Program-made: the position numbers and the translations under genes | Assembly: GCF_009914755.1 (NCBI RefSeq) | Contig: NC_060933.1 | DNA length: 64,000 nucleotides | Reading direction: 5' to 3' (one strand) | Source: the human T2T-CHM13v2.0 reference genome, Homo sapiens | The notes under the pieces: model-generated | Databases searched by the model: none | What the model saw: only the letters and a program-made list of their open reading frames with translations | What the model was told of the DNA's origin: nothing | Shown here: positions 1 through 15,800 of the stretch, piece after piece | Layout: the number at the start of each line of letters is the position of its first letter | Numbering within the stretch: the first letter of the stretch is position 1

Positions 1-893
1 TCCATTCCATTCCATTCCATTCCATTCCATTCCATTCCATTCCGTTCCATTCCATTCCATTCCATTCTATTCGGTTTAATTCCATTCCATTCCATTCCAT
101 TCCATTCCATTCCAATCGAGTTGATTCCATTCCATTCCATTCCATTCCATTCCTCTCCATTGCAGTCCTTTCCTTTCCATTCCACTCGGGTTGATTCCAA
201 TGTATTCCTTTCCATTCCATTCCATTCCATTGCAATCGAGTTGATTCCATTGCTTTGCATTCCATTCCATTCCATTCCATTCCGGATGATTCCATTCCAT
301 TGCATTCCATTCCATTCCATTCCCCTGCACTCGTGTTGATTCCATTCCATTCCACTCCATTCCGTTGCATTCCATTCCATTACTTTCGGATTGATTCTAT
401 TCAACTCCCTTACTCTCCATTACATTCCATTCCATTCGGGTTGTTCCATTCCATTCCATTCCATTCCACTCCATTCCATTGCACTCGGGTTGATTCCATT
501 CCATTCCATTCCATTCCACTGCATTCCATTGCACTCGGGTTGATTCCATTCCATTCCATTCCATTCCATTCCATTCCATTCAATTCCGGATGATTCCATT
601 CCATTGCATTCCGTTCCATTACTTTCCCCTGCACTCGGGTTGATTCCATTCCATTCCATTCAATTGCATTCCATTACAATTCGTTCCATTCCATTCTATT
701 CCTTACCATTCCATTCCATTCCATAGCATTCCATTCCATTCCTTTCCGTTCCATTCCGTTCCATTGCATTCCATTCCATTCTATTCGGGTTAATTCCATA
801 CAATTCCATTCCATTCCATTCCATTATATTCCATTCCATTGCAATCGAGTTGAATCCATTGCATTTCATTCCATTCCATTCCATTTCATTCCA

Positions 894-3800
894 TTCCGGA
901 AGATTCCATTCCATTGCATTCCATTCCATTCCATTACCCTGCACTCGCGTTGATTCCATTCCATTCCATTCCATTACGTTCCGTTCCTTTCCGTTCCGTT
1001 CCATTCCATTCCATTCCATTCCGTTCCGTTCCGTTCCGTTCCATTCCATTCCATTCTATTCGGGTTAATTCCATTCCATTCCATTCGATTGCAATCGAGT
1101 TGATTCCATTCCATTCCATTCCATTCCTTTCAATTCCATTCCATTCCTTTCCATTCCATTACGGATGATTCCATTCCACTGCATTACATTCCATTCCATT
1201 CCCCTGTACTCGGGTTGATTCCATTCCATTACATTCCATTCCATTCTATTCCATTCCATTCCATTCCATTCCGGAAGATTCCATTCCATTGCATTCCATT
1301 CCATTCCATTCCCCTGCACTCGCGTTGATTCCATTCCATTCCATTCCATTCCATTCCATTCCATTCCGATCCGTTCCATTACATTCCATTCCATTCCATT
1401 CCGTTCCGTTCCATTCCATTCCATTCCATTCCATTCTATTCGGGTTAATTCCATTCCATTCCATTCGATTGCAATCGAGTTGATTCCATTCCATTCCATT
1501 CCAATCCATGCCATTGCACTCGTGTTGATTCCATTCTTTCCATTCCATTCAAGTTGAATCCATTACATTGCATTCCATTCGATTCGATTCCATTCGATTG
1601 CACTCGGGTTGATTCCACGGCATTGCATTCCATTCCATTCCATTCCATTCCTTTCCATTCCATTCCATTCCATTCCATTCGGATTCATTCTATTCAATTC
1701 CCTTACACTCCATTACATTCCATTCCATTCGTGTAGTTTCCATTCCATTCCATTCCATTCCTCTCCATTCCATTGCACTCGGGTTGATTCCATTCCATTC
1801 CATTCCATTCCATTCCATTCCATTCCATTCCGGATGATTCCATTCCATTGAATTCCATTGCATTCCATTCCCCTGCACTTGAGTTGATTCCATTCCATTC
1901 CATTCCATTCCTTTCTTTTCCATTCCATTCCATTCCATTCCATTCTTTCGTGTTTATTCCATTCCATTCTATTCCATTCCATTCCATTGAAATCGAGTTG
2001 ATTCCATTCCATTCCATTCCATTCCATTCCATTCCATTCCATTCCGGATGATTCCATTCCATTCCATTCCATTCCATTCCATTCCATTCCATTGTACTCG
2101 GGTTGATTCCATTCCGTTGCATTCCATTCCATTCCATTACATTCCATTCCGTTGCATTCTATTCCATTACATTCGTATTGATTCTATTCAACTCCCTTAC
2201 TCTCCATTACATTCCATTCCATTCGGGTTGTTCCATTCCATTCCATTCCATTCCACTCCATTCCATTGCACTCGGGTTGATTCCATTCCATTCCATTCCA
2301 TTCCATTCCATTCCATTCCATTCCGGATGATTCCATTTCATTGCATTCCATTCCATTCCATTCCCCTGCACTCGCGTTGATTCCATTCCATTCCATTCCA
2401 TTCCATTCCATTCCGTTCCGTTCCATTCCATTCCATTCCATTCCATTCCATTCCATTCCATTCCGTTCCTTTCCATTCCATTCCATTCCATTCTATTCGG
2501 GTTAATTCCATTCCATTCCATTCCATTGCAATCGAGTTGATTCCATTCCATTCCATTCCATTCCATTCCATTCCATTCCATTCCATTCCATTCCTTTCCA
2601 TTCCATTATGGATGATTCCATTCCATTGCATTCCATTCCATTCCATTCCATTCCATTACATTCCGTTCCATTCCATTCCATTACATTCGGATTGATTCTA
2701 TTCAATTCCCTTACACTCCATTACATTCCATTCCATTCGGGTAGTTTCCATTCCATTCCATTCCATTCCTCTCCATTCCATTGCACTCGGGTTGATTCGA
2801 TTCCATTGCATTCCATTCCATTCCATTCAATTCCATTCCGTTCCATTCCATTCCATTACATTCAGATTGATTCTATTCAACTCCCTTACTCTCCATTACA
2901 TTCCATTCCATTCCGGTTGTTCCATTCCATTCCATTCCATTCCACTCCATTCCATTGCACTCGGGTTGATTCCATTCCATTCCATTCCATTCCATTCCAT
3001 TCCATTCCATTCCGGAAGATTCCATTCCATTGCATTCCATTCCATTCCAATCCCCTCCACTCGCGTTGATTCCATTCCATTCCATTCTATTCCATTCCAT
3101 TTCCTTCCTTTCCGTTCCATTCCATTCCATTCCATTCCATTCCATTCCATTCCGTTCCATTCCATTCCATTCCATTCTTTTCGGGTTAATTCCATTCCAT
3201 TCCATTCGATTGCAATCGAGTTGATTCCATTCCATTCCATTCCATTCCATTCCATTCCAATCCATTCCATTCCTTTCCATTCCATTACGGATGATTCCAT
3301 TCCATTGCATTCCATTCCATTCCATTTCCCTTTACTCGGGTTGATTCCATTCCATTCCATTCCAATCCATGCCATTCCACTCGTGTTGATTCCATTCTTT
3401 CCATTCCATTCAAGTTGAATCCATTCCATTGCATTCCATTCCATTCGATTCCATTCGATTGCACTCGGGTTGATTCCATTCCATTGCATTCCATTCCATT
3501 CCGTTCCATTCCATTCCATTCTGTTCCATTCCATTTCATTACATTCAGATGGATTCTATTCAATTCCCTTACACTCCATTATATTCCAATCCATTCTGGT
3601 TGTCTCCATTCCATTCCATTCCATTTCACTCCATTCCATTGCACTCGGGTTGATTCCATTCTATTCCATTACATTCCATTCCGTTCCATTCCGGATGATT
3701 CCATTCCATTGCATTCCATTCCATTCCATTCCCCTGCACTCGGGTTGATTCCATTCCATTCCATTCCATTACATTCCCTTCCATTCTATTCCATTCCATT

Positions 3801-6800
3801 CGGATTGATTCTATTCAATTCCCTTACACTCCATTACATTCCATTCCATTCGGGTAGTTTCCTTTCCATTCCATTCCATTCCTCTCCATTCCATTGCGCT
3901 CGGGTTGATTCCATTCCATTGCATTCCATTCCATTCCATTCCATTCCATTCCGGATGATTCCATTCCATTGCATTCCGTTCCATTACATTCCCCTGCACT
4001 CGGGTTGATTCCATTCCATTCCATTCCATTCCATTCGATTCCACTCCATTCCAATTCTTTCCATTCCATTCTATTCCGTACCATTCCATTCCATTCCATA
4101 CAATTCCATTCCATTCCATTCCACTCCGTTCCGTTCCGTTCCGTTCTGTTCCGTTCCATTCCATTCCACTCCATTCTATTCGGTTTAATTCCATTCCATT
4201 CCATTCCATTCCATTCCATTCTATTCCATTCCATTGCAATCGAGTTGAATCCATTGCATTCCATTCCATTCCATTCCATTCCATTCCATTCCATTGCATT
4301 CCGGAAGATTCCATTCCATTGCATTCCGTAAGATTCCATTCCATTGCATTCCATTCCATTCCATTCCATTCCATTCCATTCCATTCCATTGTACTCTGGT
4401 TGATTCCATTCCATTGCATTGCATTCCATTCCATTCCATTCCATTCCATTCCGTTCCATTCCATTCCATTACATTCGGATTGATTCTTTTCAACTCCCTT
4501 ACTCTCCATTACATTCCATTCCATCCGGGTAGTTTCCATTCCATTCCATTCCATTCCTCTCCATTCCATTGCATCGGGTTGATTCCATTCCATTCCATTC
4601 CATTCCATTACATTCCATTCCATTCCGGATGATTCCATTCCATTGCATTCCGTTCCATTACATTCCCCTGCACTCGCGTTGATTCCATTCCATTCCATTC
4701 CATTTCATTCAATTCCATTCCATTACAATTCGTTCCATTCCATTCTATTCCGTACCATTCGATTCCATTCCATACCATTCCATTCCATTCCATTCCGTTC
4801 CATTCCGTTCCATTCTGTTCCATTCCATTCCATTCCATTCTATTCGGGTTAATTCCATTCCATTCCATTCCATTCCATTCCATTCTGTTCCATTCCATTG
4901 CATTCGAGTTGAATCCATTGCATTTCATTCCATTCCATTCCATTCCATTCCATTCCATTCCATTCCGGAAGATTCCATTCCATTGCATTCCATTCCATTC
5001 CATTCCCCTGCACTCGCGTTGATTCCATTCCATTCCATTCCATTCCATTCCATTCCATTCCGTTCCGTTCCATTCCATTCCATTCCATTCCATTCCATTC
5101 CGGAAGATTCCATTCCATTGCATTCCATTCCATTCCATTCCCCTGCACTCGCGTTGATTCCATTCCATTCCATTCCATTCCATTCCATCCATTCCGTTCC
5201 GTTCCGTTCCATTCCATTCCATTCCATTCCATTCCATTCCGTTCCGTTCCATTCCATTCCATTCCATTCTATTCGGGTTAATTCCATTCCATTCCATTCG
5301 ATTGCAATCAAGTTGATTCCATTCCATTCCATTCCATTCCATTCCATTCCTTTCCATTCCCTTCCGGATGTTTCCATTCCATTGCATTCCATTCCATTCC
5401 ATTCCCCTGTACTCGGGTTGATTCCATTCCATTCCATTCCAATCCATGCCATTCCACTCGTGTTGATTCCATTCTTTCCATTCCATTCAAGTTGAATCCA
5501 TTCCATTGCATTCCATTCCATTCGATTCCATTCGATTGCACTCGGGTTGATTCCATTCCGTTGCATTCCATTCCATTCCATTCCATTCCATTCCATTCCG
5601 TTCCATTCCATTCCATTACATTCGGATTGATTCTATTCAATTCCCTTACAATCCATTACATTCCATTCCATTCGGGTAGTTTCCATTCCATTCCATTCCA
5701 TTCCTCTCCATTCCATTGCACTCGGGTTGATTCCATTCCATTGCATTCCATTCCATTCCATTCAATTCCATTCCGTTCCATTCCATTCCATTACATTCGG
5801 ATTGATTCTATTCAACTCCCTTACTCTCCATTACATTCCATTCCATTCGGGTTGTTCCATTCCATTCCATTCCATTCCACTCCATTCCATTGCACTCGGG
5901 TTTATTCCATTCCATTCCATTCCATTCCATTCCATTCCATTCCATTCCTTTCCGTTCTGTTCCATTCCATTCCATTCCATTCCAATCCATTCCATTCCGT
6001 TCCGTTCCGTTCCATTCCATTCCATTCCATTCTATTCGGGTTAATTCCATTCCATTCCATTCGATTGCAATCGAGTTGATTCCATTCCATTCCATTCCAT
6101 TCCATTCCATTCCATTCCATTCCTTTCCATTCCATTACGGATGATTCCATTCCATTGCATTCCATTCCATTCCATTCCCCTGTACTCGGGTTGATTCCAT
6201 TCCATTCCATTCCAATCCATGCCATTCCACTCGTGTTGATTCCATTCTTTCCATTCCATTCAAGTTGAATCCATTCCATTGCATTCCATTCCATTCCATT
6301 CCCCTGCAGTCGGGTTGATTCCATTCCATTCCATTCCATTCCATTCCATTCCATTCCATTCCGTTCCGTTCCGTTCCGTTCCATTCCATTCCATTCTATT
6401 CGGGTTAATTCCATTCCATTCCATTCCATTCCATTCCAATCGAGTTGATTCCATTCCATTCCATTCCATTCCACTCCATTCCAGTCCTTTCCATTCCATT
6501 CCACTCGGGTTGATTCCAATGTATTCCTTTCCATTCCATTCCATTCCATTGCAATCGAGTTGATTCCATTGCTTTGCATTCCATTCCATTCCATTCCATT
6601 CCGGATGATTCCATTCCATTGCATTCCATTCCATTCCATTCCCCTGCACTCGGGTTGATTCCATTCCATTCCATTCTATTCCGTTCCATTCCATTCCATT
6701 CCATTGTATTCGGGTTAATTCCATTCCATTCCATTCCATTCCATTCCATTACAATCGAGTTGATTCCATTCCATTCCATTCCATTCCAGTCCTTTCCATT

Positions 6801-9800
6801 CCATTCCACTCGGGTTGATTCCATTCTATTAATTTCCATTCCATTCTATTCCCTTCCATTCCACTCTGGTTGATACCATTCCTTTCCATTCCACTCGAAT
6901 ACATTCCCTCCTATTCCACTCGGAACGATTCCATTCCATTCCATTCCATTCCATTCCATTCCATTCCATTCCATTCCATTCCATTCCATTTCGTTCCATT
7001 CCATTCTATTCCGTATCATTCCATTCCATTCCATTCCATTCCATTCCATTCCATTCCATTCCATTGTACTCAGGTTGATTCAATTCCATTGCATTCCATT
7101 CCATTCCATTCCATTCCATTCCATTCCATTCCGTTGCATTCCATTCTATTACATTCGGATTGATTCTATTCAACTCCCTTACTCTCCATTACATTCCATT
7201 CCATTCGGGTTGTTCCATTCCATTCCATTCCATTCCACTCCATTCCATTCCATTCCATTCCACTCCATTCCATTGCACTCGGGTTGATTCCATTCCATTC
7301 CATTCCATTCCATTCCATTCCATTCCATTCCATTCCATTCCGGATGATTCCATTCCATTGCATTCCGTTCCATTACATTCCCCTGAACTCGCGTTGATTC
7401 CATTCCATTCCATTCCATTCCATTCAATTCCATTCCATTACAATTCGTTCCATTCCATTCTATTCCGTACCATTCCATTCCATTCCATACCATTCCATTC
7501 CATTCCATTCCATTCCATTCCGTTCCATTCCGTTCCATTCCATTCCATTCCATTCTATTCGGATTAATTCCATTCCATTCCATTCCATTCCATTCTATTC
7601 CATTCCATTGCAATCGAGTTGAATCCATTGCATTTCATTCCATTCCATTCCATTCCGGAAGATTCCATTCCATTGCATTCCAATCCATTCCATTCCCCTG
7701 CACTCGCTTTGATTCCATTCCGTTCCATTCCATTCCATTCCATTCCATTCCGTTCCGTTCCATTCCATTCCATTCCATTCCATTCCATTCCATTGCTTTC
7801 CGTTCCATTCCATTCCATTCCATTCTATTCGGGTTAATTCCATTCCATTCCGTTCGATTGCAATCGAGTTGATTCCATTCCATTCTATTCCATTCCATTC
7901 CATTCCATTCCATTCCTTTCCATTCCATTACGGATGATTCCATTCCATTGCATTCCATTCCATTCCATTCCCCTGTACTCGGGTTGATTCCATTCCATTC
8001 CATTCCAATCCATGCCATTCCACTCGTGTTGATTCCATTCTTTCCATTCCATTCAAGTTGAATCCATTCCATTGCATTCCATTCCATTCCATTCCCCTGC
8101 AGTCGGGTTGATTCCATTCCATTCCATTCCATTCCATTCCGTTCCGTTCCATTCCATTCCATTCCATTCTATTCGGGTTAATTCCATTCCATTCCAATCC
8201 ATGCCATTCCACTCGTGTTGATTCCATTCTTTCCATTCCATTCAAGTTGAATCCATTCCATTGCATTCCATTCCATTCGATTCCATTCCATTGCACTCGG
8301 GTTGATTCCATTCCATTGCATTCCATTCCATTCCATTACATTCCATTCCATTCCCTTCCATTCCATTTCATTACATTCAGACTGATTCTATTCAATTCCC
8401 TTACACTCCATTATATTACAATCCATTCTGGTTGTCTCCATTCCATTCCATTCCATTTCACTCCATTCCATTGCACTCGGGTTGATTCCATTCCATTCCA
8501 TTCCATTGCATTCCATTCCATTCCATTCCGGATGATTCCATTCCATTGCATTCCATTCCATTCCATTCCCCTGCACTCGGGTTGATTCCATTCCATTCCA
8601 TTACATTACATTCCGTTCCATTCCATTCCATTCCATTCGGATTGATTCTATTCAATTCCCTTACACTCCATTACATTCCACTCCATTCGGGTAGTTTCCA
8701 TTCCATTCCATTCCATTCCTCTCCATTCCATTGCACTCGGATTGATTCCATTCCATTCCATTCCATTCCATTCCATTCCATTACATTACATTCCATTCCA
8801 TTCCGTTCCATTGTACTCGGGTTGATTCCATTGCATTGCATTCCATTCCATTCCATTCCATTCCATTCCGTTCCATTCCATTCCATTCCATTCTTTTCGG
8901 GTTAATTCCATTCCATTCCATTCGATTGCAATCGAGTTGATTCCATTCCATTCCATTCCATTCCATTCCATTCCATTCCATTCCTTTCCATTCCATTACG
9001 GATGATTCCATTCCATTGCATTCCATTCCATTCCATTCCCCTATACTCGGGTTGATTCCATTCCATTCCATTCCAATCCATGCCATTCCACTCGTGTTGA
9101 TTCCATTCTTTCCATTCCATTCAAGTTGAATCCATTCCATTGCATTCCATTCCATTCGATTCCATTCGATTGCACTCGGGTTGATTCCATTCCATTGCAT
9201 TCCATTCCATTCCGTTCCATTCCATTCCATTCCGTTCCATTCCATTTCATTACATTCAGATTGATTCTATTCAATTCCCTTACACTCCATTATATTCCAA
9301 TCCATTCTGGTTGTCTCCATTCCATTCCATTCCATTTCACTCCATTCCATTGCACTCGGGTTGATTCCATTCCATTCCATTACATTCCATTCCGTTCCAT
9401 TCCGGATGATTCCATTCCATTGCATTCCATTCCATTCCATTCCCCTGCACTCGGGTTGATTCCATTCCATTCCATTCCATTACATTCCCTTCCATTCTAT
9501 TCCATTCCATTCGGATTGATTCTATTCAATTCCCTTACACTCCATTACATTCCATTCCATTCGGGTAGTTTCCTTTCCATTCCATTCCATTCCTCTCCAT
9601 TCCATTGCACTCGGGTTGATTCCATTCCATTCCATTCCATTCCATTCCATTCCATTCCATTACATTCCATTCCATTCCATTCCATTCCGTTCCATTGTAC
9701 TCGGGTTGATTCCATTCCATTGCATTCCATTCCATTCCATTCCATTCCATTCCATTCCATTCCGTTCCATTCCATTACATTCGGATTGATTCTATTCAAC

Positions 9801-12800
9801 TCCCTTACTCTCCATTACATTACATTCCATTCGGGTTGTTCCATTCCATTCCAATCCATTCCACTCCATTCCATTGCGCTCGGGTTGATTCCATTCCATT
9901 GCATTCCATTCCATTCCATTCCATTCCATTCCGGATGATTCCATTCCATTGCATTCCGTTCCATTACATTCCCCTGCACTCGGGTTGATTCCATTCCATT
10001 CCATTCCATTCCATTCGTTCCATTCCATTCCAATTCTTTCCATTCCATTCTATTCCGTACCATTCCATTCCATTCCATACAATTCCATTCCATTCCATTC
10101 CACTCCGTTCCGTTCCGTTCCGTTCTGTTCCGTTCCATTCCATTCCACTCCATTCTATTCGGTTTAATTCCATTCCATTCCATTCCATTCCATTCTATTC
10201 CATTCCATTGCAATCGAGTTGAATCCATTGCATTCCATTCCATTCCATTCCATTCCATTCCATTGCATTCCGGAAGATTCCATTCCATTGCATTCCATTC
10301 CATTCCATTCCATTCCATTCCATTCCATTCCATTGTACTCGGGTTGATTCCATTCCATTGCATTGCATTCCATTCAATTCCATTCCATTCCATTCCGTTC
10401 CATTCCATTCCATTACATTCGGATTGATTCTTTTCAACTCCCTTACTCTCCATTACATTCCATTCCATTCGGGTAGTTTCCATTCCATTCCATTCCATTC
10501 CTCTCCATTCCATTGCATCGGGTTGATTCCATTCCATTCCATTCCATTCCATTCCATTCCATTCCATTCCGGATGATTCCATTCCATTGCATTCCGTTCC
10601 ATTACATTCCCCTGCACTCGCGTTGATTCCATTCCATTCCATTCCATTCCATTCAATTCCATTCCATTACAATTCGTTCCATTCCATTCTATTCCGTACC
10701 ATTCAATTCCATTCCATACCATTCCATTCCATTCCATTCCGTTCCATTCCGTTCCATTCTGTTCCATTCCATTCCATTCCATTCTATTCGGGTTAATTCC
10801 ATTCCATTCCATTCCATTCCATTCCATTCCATTCTGTTCCATTCCATTGCATTCGAGTTGAATCCATTGCATTTCATTCCATTCCATTCCATTCCGGAAG
10901 ATTCCATTCCATTGCATTCCAGTCCATTCCATTCCCCTGCACTCGCGTTGATTCCATTCCATTCCATTCCATTCCATTCCATTCATTCCGTTCCGTTCCG
11001 TTCCATTCCATTCCATTCCATTCCATTCCATTCCGTTCCGTTCCATTCCATTCCATTCCATTCTATTCGGGTTAATTCCATTCCATTCCATTCGATTGCA
11101 ATCAAGTTGATTCCATTCCATTCCATTCCATTCCATTCCATTCCATTCCTTTCCATTCCCTTCCGGATGTTCCCATTCCATTGCATTCCATTCCATTCCA
11201 TTCCCCTGTACTCGGGTTGATTCCATTCCATTGCATTCCAATCCATGCCCTTCCACTCGTGTTGATTCCATTCTTTCCATTCCATTCAAGTTGAATCCAT
11301 TCCATTGCATTCCATTCCATTCGATTCCATTCGATTGCACTCGGGTTGATTCCATTCCGTTGCATTGCATTCCATTCCATTCCATTCCATTCCATTCCAT
11401 TCCATTCCATTCCGTTCCATTCCATTCCATTACATTCGGATTGATTCTATTCAATTCCCTTACAATCCATTACATTCCATTCCATTCGGGTAGTTTCCAT
11501 TCCATTCCATTCCATTCCTCTCCATTCCATTGCACTCGGGTTGATTCCATTCCATTGCATTCCATTCCATTCCATTCAATTCCATTCCGTTCCATTCCAT
11601 TCCATTACATTCGGATTGATTCTATTCAACTCCCTTACTCTCCATTACATTCCATTCCATTCGGGTTGTTCCATTCCATTCCATTCCATTCCACTCCATT
11701 CCATTGCACTCGGGTTTATTCCATTCCATTCCATTCCATTCCATTCCATTCCATTCCATTCCTTTCCGTTCCATTCCATTCCATTCCAATCCATTCCATT
11801 CCGTTCCGTTCCGTTCCATTCCATTCCATTCCATTCTATTCGGGTTAATTCCATTCCATTCCATTCGATTGCAATCGAGTTGATTCCATTCCATTCCATT
11901 CCATTCCATTCCATTCCATTCCATTCCTTTCCATTCCATTACGGATGATTCCATTCCTTTGCATTCCATTCCATTCCATTCCCCTGTACTCGGGTTGATT
12001 CCATTCCATTCCATTCCATTCCATTCCATTCCATTCCATTCCGTTCCGTTCCATTCCATTCCATTCCATTCTATTCGGGTTAATTCCATTCCATTCCATT
12101 CCATTCCATTCCAATCGAGTTGATTCCATTCCATTCCATTCCATTCCATTCCACTCCATTCCAGTCCTTTCCATTCCATTCCACTCGGGTTGATTCCAAT
12201 GTATTCCTTTCCATTCCATTCCATTCCATTGCAATCGAGTTTATTCCATTGCTTTGCATTCCATTCCATTCAATTCCATTCCGGATGATTCCATTCCATT
12301 GCATTCCATTCCATTCCATTCCCCTGCACTAGGGTTGATTCCATTCCATTCCACTCCATTCCGTTCCATTCCATTCTATTCGGGTTAATTCCATTCCATT
12401 CCATTCGATTGCAATCGAGTTGATTCCATTCCATTCTATTCCATTCCATTCCATTCCATTCCATTCCTTTCCATTCCATTCCTTTACGGATGATTCCATT
12501 CCATTGCGTTCCATTCCATTCCATTCCCCTGTACTCGGGTTGATTCCATTCCATTCCATTCCAATCCATGCCATTCCACTCGTGTTGATTCCATTCTTTC
12601 CATTCCATTCAAGTTGAATCCATTCCATTGCATTCCATTCCATTCCATTCCCCTGCAGTCGGGTTGATTCCATTCCATTCCGTTCCATTCCATTCCATTC
12701 CATTCCATTCCGTTCCGTTCCATTCCATTCCATTCCATTCTATTCGGGTTAATTCCATTCCATTCCATTCCATTCCATTTCAATCGAGTTGATTCCATTC

Positions 12801-15800
12801 CATTCCATTGCATTCCATTCCATTCCACTCCATTCCAGTCCTTTCCATTCCATTACACTCGGGTTGATTCCAATGTATTCCTTTCCATTCCATTCCATTC
12901 CATTGCAATCGAGTTGATTCCATTGCTTTGCATTCCATTCCATTCCATTCCATTCCGGATGATTCCATTCCATTGCATTCCATTCCATTCCATTCCCCTG
13001 CACTCGGGTTGATTCCATTCCATTCCACTCCATTCCGTTCCGTTCCATTCCATTCCATTGTATTCGGGTTAATTCCATTCCATTCCATTCCATTCCATTC
13101 CATTACATTCGAGTTGATTCCATTCCATTCCATTCCATTCCAGTCCTTTCCATTCCCTTCCACTCGGGTTGATTCCATTCTATTAGTTTCCATTCCATTC
13201 CATTCCCTTCCATTCCACTCTGGTTGATACCGTTCCTTTCCATTCCACTCGAATACATTCCCTCCTATTCCACTCGGAACGATTCCATTCCATTCCATTC
13301 CATTCCATTCCATTCCATTCCATTCCATTTCGTTCCATTCCATTCTATTCCGAATCATTCCATTCCATTCCATTGCATTCCATTCCATTCCATTCCGTTC
13401 CATTGTACTCGGGTTGATTCAATTCCATTGCATTCCATTCCATTCCATTCCATTCCATTCCATTCCATTCCATTCCATTCCATTCCGTTGTATTCCATTC
13501 CATTACATTCGGATTGATTCTATTCAACTCCCTTACTCTGCATTCCATTCCATTCCATTCGGGTTGTTCCATTCCATTCCATTCCATTCCATTCTACTGC
13601 ATTCCATTGCACTCGGGTTGATTCCATTCCATTCCATTCCATTCCATTCCATTCCATTCCGGATGATTCCATTACATTGCATTCCGTTCCATTATATTCC
13701 CCTGCACTCGCGTTGATTCCATTCCATTCCATTCCATTCCATTCAATTCCATTCCATTACAATTCGTTCCATTCCATTCTATTCCGTACCATTCCATTCC
13801 ATTCCATACCATTCCATTCCATTATATTCCATTCCATTCCGTTCCATTCCGTTCCATTCCATTCCATTCCATTCTATTCCGATTAATTCCATTCCATTCC
13901 ATTCCATTCCATTCTATTCCATTCCATTGCAATCGAGTTGAATCCATTGCATTTCCTTCCATTCCATTCCATTCCATTCCATTCCGGAAGATTCCATTCC
14001 ATTGCATTCCATTCCATTGCATTCCCCTGCACTCGCGTTGATTCCATTCCATTCCATTCCGTTCCATTCCACTCCGTTCCGTTCCGTTCCATTCCATTCC
14101 ATTCCATTCCATTCCGTTCCGTTCCGTTCCATTCCATTCCATTCCATTCTATTCGGGTTAATTCCATTCCATTCCATTCGATTGCAATCGAGTTGATTCC
14201 ATTCCATTCCATTCCATTCCATTCCATTCCATTCCTTTCCATTCCATTACGGATGATTCCATTCCATTGCATTCCATTCCATTCCATTCCCCTGTACTCG
14301 GGTTGATTCCATTCCATTCCATTCCAATCCATGCCATTCCACTCGTGTTGCTTCCATTCTTTCCATTCCATTCAAGTTGAATCCATTCCATTGCATTCCA
14401 TTCTATTCGATTCCATTCGATTGCACTCGGTTTGATTGCATTCCATTGCATTCCATTCCATTCCATTCCATTCCATTCCATTCCCTTCCATTCCACTCTG
14501 GTTGATTCCATTCCTTTCCATTCCACTCAAATACATTCCCTCCTATTCCACTCGGAACGATTCCATTCCATTCCATTCCATTCCATTCCATTCCATTCCA
14601 TTCCATTTCGTTCCATTCCATTCTATTCCATATCATTCCATTCCATTCCATTCCATTCCATTCCATTCCATTCTATTCCATTCCATTCCACTCCATTCCA
14701 TTGCACTCGGGTTGATTCCATTCCATTCCATTCCATTCCATTCCGGAAGATTCCATTCCATTGCATTCCATTCCATTCCATTCCCCTGCACTCGCGTTGA
14801 TTCCATTCCATTCCATTCTATTCCATTCCATTCCCTTCCTTTCCGTTCCATTCCATTCCATCCCATTCCATTCCATTCCGTTCCGTTCCATTCCATTGCA
14901 TTCCATTCTATTCGGGTTAATTCCATTCCATTCCATTCGATTGCAATCGAGTTGATTCCATTCCATTCCATTCCATTCCATTCCATTCCATTCCTTTCCA
15001 TTCCATTACGAATGATTCCACTCCATTGCATTCCATACCATTCCATTCCCCTATACTCGGGTTGATTCCATTCCATTCCATTCCAATCCATGCCATTCCA
15101 CTCGTGTTGATTCCATTCTTTCCATTCCATTCAAGTTGAATCCATTCCATTGCATTCCATTCCATTCGATTCCATTCCATTGCACTCGGGTTGATTCCAT
15201 TCCATTGCATTCCATTCCATTCCATTACATTCCATTCCATTCCGTTCCATTCCATTTCATTACATTCAGACTGATTCTATTCAATTCCCTGACACTCCAT
15301 TATATTCCAATCCATTCTGGTTGTCTCCATTCCATTCCATTCCATTCCATTCCATTGCAATCGAGTTGATTCCATTCCATTCCTTTCCATTCCATTCCAT
15401 TGCCTTGTATTCCAATCGGGGTGATTCCATTCCCTTCTTTCCACTCCATTACATTCCCTTCCATTCCACTCGGAATGATTGATTCCATTCCATTCCATTC
15501 CATTTCATTCCATTGCAATCCATTCCAATCCATTCCATTCCATTCCATTCCACTCGAGTTGATTTCATTCCATTCCTTTCCATTCCATTCCATTGCTTTC
15601 CACTCGAGTTGATTCCATTCCATTCCATTCCATTCCATTCCATTCCATTCCATTCCATTCCGTTGCATTCCATTCCATTACATTCGGATTGATTCTATTC
15701 AACTCCCTCACTCTCCATTACATTCCATTCCATTCGGGTTGTTTCATTCCATTCAATTCCATTCCACTCCATTCCATTGCACTCGGGTTGATTCCATTCC

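Noticed and set aside
6890-6930. Complex-looking module CTCGAATACATTCCCTCCTATTCCACTCGGAACG as a possible TE or foreign fragment
   Set aside because: It stays in pentamer register, is derivable from CATTC by substitutions, and recurs ~9 times as a normal satellite module. There is no TSD, poly-A tail or terminal repeat.
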